From: Octopus vulgaris
Lineage: Eukaryota
DNA: 64,000 bases
NCBI GenBank assembly: GCA_951406725.2
Contig: OX597817.1
Location: 109,492,001-109,556,000 of the forward strand
Reading direction: 5' to 3'
Part shown: one piece after another, positions 53,908-64,000 of the stretch
How the letters are laid out: the number at the start of each line of letters is the position of its first letter
Numbering within the stretch: position 1 is the stretch's first letter
Made by a program: the position numbers and the translations under genes
Notes under the pieces: model-generated
The model's input: only the letters and a program-made list of their open reading frames with translations
What the model was told of the DNA's origin: nothing
Database searches by the model: none

Positions 53908-54272
53908 AGTGGAGAGGGAAGTGCTGTCCTCGAGCGATTTTATTGGAAGTTACGAAAATGGCAACAGTGGATGATACCTCTCTAAGTATTAACCTGTGCG
54001 TCAGAGAGAAGGAATTTGAGGGGTCTCTTGCTCTTAGAATTTCAGGAAAATCCCGGACAGTGGGATTCCTCGATTATCACTGTAGGCTTTACTTATCAAG
54101 AGGGCCACATCTCTATCATCCTCTTTGCCACTATTTTTGTTAACCTTTGTAGGCTATGCAAATGTCCATCCTTATATGTAAATCCCAACACTTTATGTCT
54201 GTCTTTGTATTGTCCCCCTTATCCTTTGCCCTTGTGGCAAATAAATTAAGTCATTATTATTATTATTATTAT
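53908..54272 (+). mobile_element. Probable LINE 3' end fragment (L1/Tx1-like)
   Basis: Ends TGTCCCCCTTATCCTTTGCCCTTGTGGCAAATAAA followed by (TTA)n; 3' UTR style resembles that of the 33860-36120 element. Clade assignment is weak. Confidence 0.4.
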
Positions 54273-54328
54273 TGAATATATTTACATATAAATTACATGT
54301 GTATATAAATATATATATAAGTTACATA

Positions 54329-54360
<32 letters not shown>

Positions 54361-54389
54361 CTCATACACACATATATATACATATATAG

Positions 54390-54443
<54 letters not shown>

Positions 54444-54461
54444 TCATACACACATATATAG

Positions 54462-54502
<41 letters not shown>

Positions 54503-54833
54503 TTCTCTACATTTGTTTGTGCGTGTAGTCAACATGTAAGAAACGTAATAAACCTGCAGTATTTACACCTATGTTACACCCGGTGTACTGTGAACATTCA
54601 TTGAACCATGCAATGAGACTAAGCGCACGTTTCACTATGATCCATGCAGGTAAGTAGACACTTTCGTTTGAGTTGAATGTGACAAAGTATGCAACAATAA
54701 ATCAACCCTCACTCTTTCTTCTCGAATTCACAATGATTTTGGTAAGAGCCGCATCTAAGACAACCAACGTACATATGTAATAGCAAGTGCAAGGCTTAGC
54801 AGGACAAATACGCAGAAATATATACACTCATAT

Positions 54834-54865
<32 letters not shown>

Positions 54866-54870
54866 GATAA

Positions 54871-54965
<95 letters not shown>

Positions 54966-55530
54966 TAGATAGATAGATATATAGATATAGATATAGATAT
55001 ATATATAAATTACAGAAACAGATATATGCAAGCACACACAAATATCATAGATAGATATATAAGTACGATATTTTATATCCCATTTGTAAAGCTGTGTTTG
55101 TGTGTCCGTATGTGTGAGCTTGCGTATATATGTGTCTGTTCTTATGTGGGTGTTGAGGAGAGATTCTGAATAGGAATAGAAAAAATATACGGCTGGAGCA
55201 AAGAAACTATATGCGTGGTATATTCCAAATCATATTGTATCATGTTACTTGTACCGCTGAGATATTGATTTTGTGTTGTGTCTTACGCTTCAGAGCATCT
55301 TCTTTGCTTCTACCTTACATATTCTCGTTTTGTTTCAGTTTCCTATGGCTGCAGAAAACGGTATATTTTTATTTCGGATTTCCTTTCGTAAAACTTCTAT
55401 TAACATTATTGTCCATAGAAAGAGGTTACACTAACAATGAAAATGCTATATACAATTCAGTAATATTTCGCGTGTGTATATATACGTGTGTGCGTGTGTG
55501 TATGTGTATGTGTGCGTACATGTAAGTATA

Positions 55531-55586
<56 letters not shown>

Positions 55587-55707
55587 TATATGTTTATGTG
55601 TGTCTTATATATATATACGTGTGTGTATATATATATATGTATGTATGTATGTATTATGTATGTATGTATATATATATGTATGTTTATGTGTGTGTTATAT
55701 ATTTTTT

Positions 55708-55915
55708 TATTTGTTTCAGTCATTTAACTGCGGCTATGCTGGACCCCCCCCCCTGTTTAGTTGAATAAATCGACCCCAGGATTTATTTTTTGGGAAGCCC
55801 GGTACTTATTCTATCGTTCTCTTTCTCCGAACCGCTAAGTTACGGGGGACGTAAAAACACCAACATCGGTTGTGAAGTGATGGTGGAGGGGACAAATACA
55901 GACACAGAGACAACA
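55708..55915 (-). mobile_element. SINE family A, 3' half
   Basis: TTGTTTCAGTCATTTAACTGCGGCTATGCTGG...AAATCGACCCCAGG...GTACTTATTCTATCG...GAACCGCTAAGTTACGGGGGACGTAAA. Confidence 0.85.
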
Positions 55916-55940
55916 TATAAACACACACACACACACACAT

Positions 55941-56020
<80 letters not shown>

Positions 56021-57175
56021 TTTTTTGTAATTTTAGAAAGTCAGTATACTAATAAAAAGCACGTACTCTTGTTGCAATTATTATACATTATGCTCATCTG
56101 TTAGGGGTCAGGATCCCAAATCAGTATTCAAATTTGGGTCTAAACTATTCAAACCTTGCATAGTGTGGCAGAAACATTTCTCACCAAAACTTCATAACCT
56201 ATTAAATTTAAATTCAAAGTTGAAGCAAAGATATGTTACTGCCATCGCTCTCATACAAACGTACAAGATAAATTCATATAACTTTCAAGTACCAAGATAA
56301 TAGAATGATACTTCTTTAAGAATACTCGCATTCATCCCAAAATACTGCAAACCTGAAATCAATGTAGCTGTTATGCAACAAGGCTAAGCAAATTTAATTA
56401 AAATAAGAAACCGTTTTCGTACATACTGAATTTGTGACAGAATGCAACTCCAGCGAATATAATAATAGGTCAGATATAGGATGTAGTTTCTGTTATATTT
56501 TGGTGAATACATTGTCTTTTAAAACATGACCCTGTCATCTAGGGATAGTGGAGGATTTTCTGTGGTTATTGAATAGACACACGAGCGTGGCTCTAGACAA
56601 TTAGTTTCTATCACAATGATATATCAGAATACTTTAGTTCGGATGAATTTCTCAAATGAAGGAAGAAATAATTTCATCTGGTCTCTTACTGAAAATATTC
56701 ATCTTGGGTTTTCTGTTTTTGAAGTCAAGTTTAATCTAACTGAATAAGCAGAATATCACTAATACCTTTAATCATTGGTTACAACTGGTTGGTTATCGTT
56801 GTTGTTACCTCATCATCGTCGTCGTTGTTGTTGCTTATCCCTTGTTTGGCTCTGATCACACAGTAATAAGCTTAAAAGGTATTCGAACCATAACCATCCC
56901 ATCTTACTTTAAACACTGTATTCAAAACTATATTAATAAATGTGTCCGTTAACTTTAACGAGCAGAGAGTCTGTTCGACAAAGACTATTATACAATTTTT
57001 AGTGAATCGAATGATCATGTACAGTCTACATTGTTGTGTTAACCCCGATGTCATCTAGTGCTCGTTTTTTATCGAGCAGTAGGGGACGCTGAATAAAGAT
57101 GTGCTCGAAACTTGCAAGGGTTCCAGCATGTCTTGTTGTATTTATTGCTATTTTGTATAGAAATTATATATATAT

Positions 57176-57574
57176 AGTGGCTGTGTGGTAAGTAGCTTGC
57201 TAACCAACCACATGGTTGCGGGTTCAGTCCCACTGCGTGGCACCTTGGGCAAGTGTCTTCTGCTATAGCCTCGGACCGACCAATGTCTTGTGAGTGGATT
57301 TGGTAGACGGAAACTGAAGAAGCCTGTCGTATATATGTATATATATATATATGTGTGTGTGTGTGTTTGTGTGTCTGTGTTTGTCCCCCTAGCATTGCTT
57401 GACCGATGCTGGTGTGTTTACGTCCCCGTCACTTAGCGGTTCGGCAAAAGAGACAGATAGAATAAGTACTGGGCTTACAAAGAATAAGTCCCGGGGTCGA
57501 TTTGCTCGACTAAAGGTGGTGCTCCAGCATGGCCGCAGTCAAATGACTGAAACAAGTAAAAGAGTAAAAGAGTA
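57176..57574 (+). mobile_element. SINE family A, near full length
   Basis: AGTGGCTGTGTGGTAAGTAGCTTGCTAACCAACCACATGG...GAAACAAGTAAAAGAGTAAAAGAG; near-identical to the 51032 copy. Confidence 0.92.
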
Positions 57575-60500
57575 TATATGTAAAGAAATTATTGTCCTCT
57601 AAAAGGACAAACTATTAAAAAATCCAACATTATGTTTTCTAACATGGCCAAATTCTTTGAGGGAAAGATTATAAACTGGCATTCGTTATATCAACTCTGG
57701 AATTACGGAATTCGAAGTCGACTATTTTTTCTCTTTTGAACTCAATGCTTTAAAACATATAATTAAATAATTAAACAGTTAAATTCAAATTAGAATTGTT
57801 ATAAGTCAAAATGCAATAATCAGTTTTCCCTTGCTTTTTTTCTGGTAGCAAACTCTCAATTTAAAAATAAAAAAAGGACTTAATTCCTATCATTATAAAA
57901 AGTGATATGACTTGAAATTCAATTTAATCATAAATCTGCTTATTTGTTTACTATTTGCTGTTGTTTTATTTAAATATTCAACCAATGTATTTATGTCTTG
58001 TCGGATAAAGTCTTTCATGGCAATTATTGCAGTGTACAGTAAAATTTCCTTTTACTGACAGCCTTTTCGTCGACAAACGCTTCTCCTGGCAGCTTGTCTC
58101 TTGCAAATGTCTTCTTTATATAATTACATTTACATATATTTCCAATCAGAAATCATAGTGGAACACAACCTTCCAATATTTCATATATTTGAATAAGAGT
58201 CTATCGTCTGTCATACAGAATCAGAATAATTTAATACTTGTCGTGCTAAGTTCAGTCGTAATGAGAATACACTTTCTGTCAGTTTTACAAACAGCATCTT
58301 TAACGTCAAAATAATTTTAATTAGAATGTTTTGTATGCTTTTCTCATGATTACTGAGTTTTGTTATTTGTTCTTATAAGATTTGTTTAACTGAATATATT
58401 GATTGACGGCGTTTAATTATAGAGAACACATGATATAATCATAAAATTCAAATTATAAACTAATATCAACAGGAATCATAAAATATGTCTAAACATTTTC
58501 AAACAAGTGGCACTGGTAATTAGAGTATATCGCTTAGTCTAAAAAGTTTAGTTTAAAATCAAATCAGGAAATATACGGCACTTTCAAAGCATCATTACTT
58601 GATCATATTCTATTTCCCTACTTCTACTAGAGACCGAGTTCGAACAAAAAATATCTTTTACAGGCAGTTGTTTTTCTTTTCTTGTCCTAATTTGAATATT
58701 ATATACGTGACCGATATTTACATAATTATTATTAACTAAATATAAAGTGTAAATACTATTAGCTATTGATTTTTATTAGTATATTTTGAATTATATTTCA
58801 ATATATATGAGGAAAGTCAACTCAATAATGCTTAGCATACGGCTAAAGCAAAACAGCTGTAGTAACTGAATTAAATTTATAGTCGTCTGGTTAAACAGAA
58901 AACTCAATAATATATACTATAAACAACTATGCATGGCATCTGTATTTACTGCTAAAATTTAAATACGAAATAGAAATCAAGAAACCGTAGGAAGCATGTC
59001 ATCGTAAACGACGCACTATTGAAACATGTTTATGTATTATACAGTAATATCTTACATTTTTATGCGTCCTCAGTTATGATATCTTCATTATCAATGCAAT
59101 TAACTTGTTCTTGACAAATAAATTGCTTGTTTTACATGATTCTTGCAGTTGAAACTTCCTTGCCGAGATTTAACACTATGAAAATTTATTTAACATCTCT
59201 TGTTGAAAAGAAAGCCTGCAAAAATAGCATAATTATACATCTAAACAGAAACAGCTTAACTCACCTGCTGATACAAACGCTAAAAAGTTTCCCTGTGAGA
59301 ATATAAAACATTCTGAGAAAATAATCAGAACCCACCTACGATCTGCGAACGGAAATATAGCCAACTAGGAGACATCTCAGGTTGAAAGGTTAATAGACTT
59401 AGTTTAAACAACTAAGCTATTAAAATGTTTTCTCTTGCAGATATATCACTTGATGTTGACATCAGGTCAGAAACATATTGGATTCAACTTCTCGTGGGGC
59501 TGCATCGCCCTCTTCTTTGAAAATCCAAATCGATTTTATGTCATAAATGGTAAAAGGCAGTACACAACGAGAATACTGCTGAATTTTGTGTTTATATAGC
59601 CATTAGAAAAAGTGATTGCTTCTTTCGCAATTTTTATAGTTGATATTGCCTGCTCAAGCAACATGTGGAGAGTATCATCCAGAGAGGTTGGAAGAATGTA
59701 TGAAACATTTTGATAGTTTATAGATATCGAACAACTAATATATGTCGAATATATATTTAACAGATAATACCAACAGATTTCCAGTATCCAGGAGGGAAAG
59801 TAGTCTTTATATTAACGTTATAACATTCTGCTCATTTTGACGTTATAATGAGGTGCTAGGATACCATGCCATTTCAATTAACGACGTCTATAATATAAAA
59901 TAGTTACAACTGACAATATAAGCTTTGTTGAGTTTTTGAAACGTCTATAGTTTGTCTTTTGATTTTATTTAGGTTGCAAATATCCTTGTCAACAAGATGT
60001 TCAATGGGTGATGCAATACATTAATATTAGTGATTCTTTAATTCTTACAAATTGATAGGGAGGAAAAGTATATAGACTGCTAACAAATACTATTTGACTG
60101 TGTAAAATTTCCGTATAATCAAAGCGACGTTTAACAGATCGATTTTTCATTTCAAACCCATCTAAACACTTTAAAGCGAAATTTCAAATAATTGATTCTC
60201 ATCAATAATGTTCCTTCTCAGCTAATATGCCAAACACAGCTAATCGAAATATTGAGATAGTCTGCAATAATATTAAATTTTACTTTGCTATGTATACCAC
60301 CCGAATTTTGTCAACCAAACTCGATAGAGCAGAATAAATTCTTTAACAAATTTAAGGAATATCTTTGCTGGATGAGTTTATATCAAGAAATAATCTGATA
60401 AATTGAGATATCACTATAACCGAAGTATCATCACAATCTATTTGTCAAATAACATTAAATAATAAAGATGACTGTTCTAAAACAAGAAATTAACTTCTAT

Positions 60501-61549
60501 GAACTTTAGATGAATAGGACAAAGATAAAGCCAGTAATAAATCTAGATTTCATATCCATTGCATAGGTTTCATTGTATATATTAGAAGTGGATATAGTTA
60601 TATTGCGTAGTTCACTTTAATTTGGGTGATATGAAATATTGTAATTCTATTTGTAATAAGTTCGCTTTGTATCAATCTTTCTTCGTCTGAGGAGCAAGTT
60701 CTGAAATAATTCCAGGCTTTAAAGAGATGTATCTAAGAGTTCCTTACAACTCTTATAAACATCTCTTCTAAAACTCGTCGCATTAGCGGTAACCAATGAT
60801 ACTTTAGCAATAATACTTTAATGAACGTTGTAATATTTAGTGCAAATGTCCGCATTATTGTATTTATACTTAATGACTAGACCTGTGTTAATATGGCAAC
60901 TTAATGTTACAACGGCATCGTCCCCACTCTACACTCTATTATTTTCAAAATCTCATAGTAGAAAATGGAAAAGAAAGCAAACACTATTTCTCAAGTAAGT
61001 GTCAATCTGTGCTATTCTCTTTACTTCTTAGTCAATGAAATCCTCTGCTGGGAATCAGATCTATATATAATTTAATGAATATCGGATATTTCAAAAGCGT
61101 TTCATTTCATGTTCTCTGATTATACTTTAAATAATTTCTAGATATTGATTTTTTTTCTGTCAGATATTTTACCTGACCGGCCGGTGTGTAGGAGGAGTTG
61201 TTAGAGCATCAGGTAGAATGTTCTGCGATAGTGTTCCGGTTCTCTGTACATTGAGTACACATCACGCCGAAGTTATCCTTTTCTCTTCGTAAGATCTAAA
61301 ATTAAGATGCCAACAATAACTGGGGTTAATTCGTCTCTCGCTCTCTCCTCAGTCTGCACCACGGTTTGGAACGGAAATAAAAATGACAGTTCTTATCAGT
61401 AAACTATTTGATATTTCCCTACCTTGTAATTCTTTGTGTTATAAGTTTATGTTAAATATCTCGATATAAACTCATTACATTTTGCATTTTATTATGTGCT
61501 ACGCACAAGGGTGCGCATGTAATTGCACACAAACGCATACATATATATT

Positions 61550-61746
61550 GGTTTCAAATTTAAGCAGTTTGATGGGAGGGTTATGTTGATTACATCGACA
61601 CCAGCTGTCAACTGCTACTTATTTTATCAGCCCCGAAAACATGAAAGCAAAGCTGACTTCGACAAAGTATTAACGCAGACCGTAAAGACGGTCGAAATGC
61701 TGCTAAGCGTTTTTCCTGGCGTACTAACGATTCTATCAGCTCGCTA
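61550..61746 (-). mobile_element. SINE family B
   Basis: GATTACATCGACACCAG...CAACTGCTACTTATTTTATC...GAAAGCAAAG...CGTAAAGACGGTCGAAATGCTGCTAAGCG...GGCGTACTAACGATTCTATCAGCTCGC. Confidence 0.75.
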
Positions 61747-62287
61747 CCAGATGTACACGAATATATATTGATTATTCGCTTGTATTTCACATGGGTCTTT
61801 TGTTAAATGGTTGTCATGAACATCTGTCTCTGCGGTATCGAACTACTACATAAAACGCCATTAGATTAATTTGGAGAACAAGCCTTGTGTTACTTTTTTT
61901 TTTTTTGTCGGCTATATTACTGTAGTTATGAATACTGAAATCAGTGAGAATTATTCTGAATCGAAAACTCAGTATAATTAATAACAAGGTAGATGCTAAA
62001 TAACGAAATTGGTATTAAAGTAGAAATTTTGTTGAAGCGGAAATTTTCTTTTCTTGGTGTTGTCACAAAAATACCGAACTAATGTTACACGTTTAAAAAC
62101 AAATAACTTACTTTTGTCTTGATGTATTATTTACAGATCTTTGTAAATTGGTTCATCATATCAATGATTTAGATTATGTCTTTGATTTCGTTCCGTAGTT
62201 AAGGTTACTGAAAGTGTCACACTTATACACACGCCGCGACAAGCAGAACAATATTACAGATATCTCTTGTACTTTCTCTTTTATCCC

Positions 62288-62480
62288 TTACTTGTTTGGG
62301 TTATTGGACAGCGGCCATGATTAAGCGCTTCTTTGAAGAGTTTAGTTCGGACAAATCAACCTCGGGACTTATTTTTAAGCCTGCTACTTATTTTATCTTT
62401 CTCTTTCTACAAACAGTTAGATTACGGAAGCGTAAATAAACTAAAAATGGTGGTGGGATACAGACACAAAGACACACAAA
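62288..62480 (-). mobile_element. SINE family A, diverged 3' half
   Basis: TTACTTGTTT...GCGGCCATG...CAAATCAACCTCGGGACTTATTTTTAAGCCTGCTACTTATTTTATC...ACAGACACAAAGACAC. Confidence 0.65.
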
Positions 62481-62690
62481 AACACACACACACACACACA
62501 TACACAAAACACACACACGTGTCTCTGTGTGTTTGTGTGTTTATGTGTTTATATGTATAAGAGTGTTATATTTCGCTTGAGGCATTGTGATATTGAAGGA
62601 TGTGAAAAGAGAGAAAATAGACAGCTTCTGACAATGCGGAAATTTTAATAAAAGCTTAATATATTTCGGTCTTAGCTCCATCTTCAGGAG

Positions 62691-62854
62691 CAGAGCCGGC
62701 CCTAGGTTTGCTGGCACCCCGGGCAAGCTGAGCTTCGGCGTGTACAAGCTGACGGTCGTGAACATTTCTTTGTCTTTGTCGCGCCCTTCTTGGCGCCCCT
62801 ATTACATAGCGCCCCGGGTGACTGTGCGAGTTGCCGGTACTTTGAACCCTCCTG
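62691..62854. mobile_element. GC-rich MITE-like DNA element
   Basis: CAGAGCCGGCCCTAGG...GGCACCCCGGGCAA...GCGCCC/GGCGCCCC/GCGCCCCGGG repeats...CCTCCTG; resembles CAGGGCCGGCCC-terminated non-autonomous DNA transposons. Confidence 0.45.
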
Positions 62855-63034
62855 TTCAGAAGGAAAAAACAGTCCAAGAAAGGTTATGTAGGATCCGTTA
62901 ATCCATTCACACTTTACAGCGTTTATGTAACAGCAGCAGTTGCTCTCCAAACGTAGGTGTGATCGACGTCCCACGCATTGGTGTAAACAGACAACTCATG
63001 TTCTTCTCCCCCCCCTCTCTCTCTCTCTCTCTCT

Positions 63035-63104
<70 letters not shown>

Positions 63105-63109
<5 letters not shown>

Positions 63110-63250
63110 ACCCACATAGCTTCAATCTACCAAATCCTCTAAAAGATCCAAAGATATAGTGGAAAAGACTTGCCCTGGACGCCATGCAGTGAAACTGAAC
63201 CCGAAACCATATGTTTGGGAAAGAACCATCTTACCAGAGAACCACGTCTG
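63105..63250 (-). mobile_element. SINE family A, diverged 5' half
   Basis: TCTACCAAATCC...GACTTGCCC...GCCATGCAGTGAAACTGAACCCGAAACCAT. Confidence 0.6.
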
Positions 63251-64000
63251 ACCCTATATCTAATGGAATATAATGATTCACTAAGTAATGAATGCCGACA
63301 GCTTTATTAAACAGATAAAACCAATTACTTGATAGTTGTGAATCCAGCTAACAGCCTCTGTCTCAACCTATTCCTCTTTCTCCTCTTTTCTATACCCAAA
63401 AACTTGGAGAAGCCATACACCAGATCTCAGTCCCAAAGTGAAGACTTCCAGTCTTAGTCTTTGCTGGCATCTCATCTCGATTTTGTTTCATTCGATTATG
63501 ATCTGTTCGCGATGATTTATGGACTCATGGGACTTGTATGTATGAGTATATGCATGTATGGTGGTTGAGATATTTGGATGCATATAGTTGGCTGGTTGCT
63601 TTTATTATCCGCGTGATGACTGGGGCGTGTATGTGCGCGTACGTGTATGTAAGAATGCTGTGTGTGATGGGTGCTGTTTATGTGAAGATTGACTTACTTA
63701 TGGTTGCTGCGTACGTAAAAAGTTTGATTTGTGTGTGTGATCAAAATAGTTGTGATGGTTAATAAGTCCGTATGTGTGTGGTGACTGTCTATGGGTATGA
63801 TAGTTGAGTGTGTTTGTGTGTGATGATTGGATTATGTTTGTGTGTGTCTTTTGGCAAGTGTATGTGATGAATGGTGTGTTTGTGTGCGTGCGTGTGTGCG
63901 CGATGCAAGCAGTGGGCGCCTGCGTTTGTGTTTGTTTGTATCTGTATGACGGCTCATGTGTGTGCTCACAGCAACAATTCAACACATCATCTTTCTGGAA

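Noticed and set aside
37235-59560. Possible short exons at 37235-37310 (+), ~38992-39072 (-), ~43080-43168 (-) and from 59441 (+)
   Set aside because: Plausible splice sites, but the peptides are unrecognisable and strands are inconsistent. They cannot be told from chance without RNA-seq.
57035-60720. Hammerhead-like words near 57040-57125 and 60688-60712 (also near 36505)
   Set aside because: No convincing stem I or II, or the core boxes are broken.
62656-62877. GC-rich segment with a strong minus-strand acceptor and Cys-containing ORFs
   Set aside because: Its limits coincide with a MITE-like element with repeated GCGCCCC motifs. Several frames are open because of GC content. Exonisation is not excluded.

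Overview
AT-rich, microsatellite-saturated eukaryotic DNA, most likely intronic or intergenic. The tRNA-derived SINEs and the density of (TA)n/(CA)n/(GATA)n suggest an octopus or other coleoid cephalopod genome (inference). No host gene can be confidently identified; the best candidate is one possible terminal exon at 20398-20781. Most ORFs in the track are microsatellite or SINE artefacts. The window holds nested transposon relics: three SINE families, Helitron ends plus a RepHel helicase remnant, a Tc1 transposase remnant, an R4/Dong-type LINE next to (TAA)n, a gag/ORF1-only non-LTR element, and two Penelope-like element (PLE) GIY-YIG remnants. The most notable signal is five fold-back palindromes (arms of about 65-820 bp) in (TA)n tracts, each with an unpaired 45-95 nt tail on one arm. 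Where polarity can be read (four of five), the 3' ends point outward. Three carry type I hammerhead ribozyme motifs and a fourth belongs to a family that does. Hammerhead-like motifs from about nine apparently unrelated sequence families lie between 1.7 and 34 kb; one at 30343-30395 looks like a complete monomeric ribozyme. All alignments, translations and folds were done by eye.
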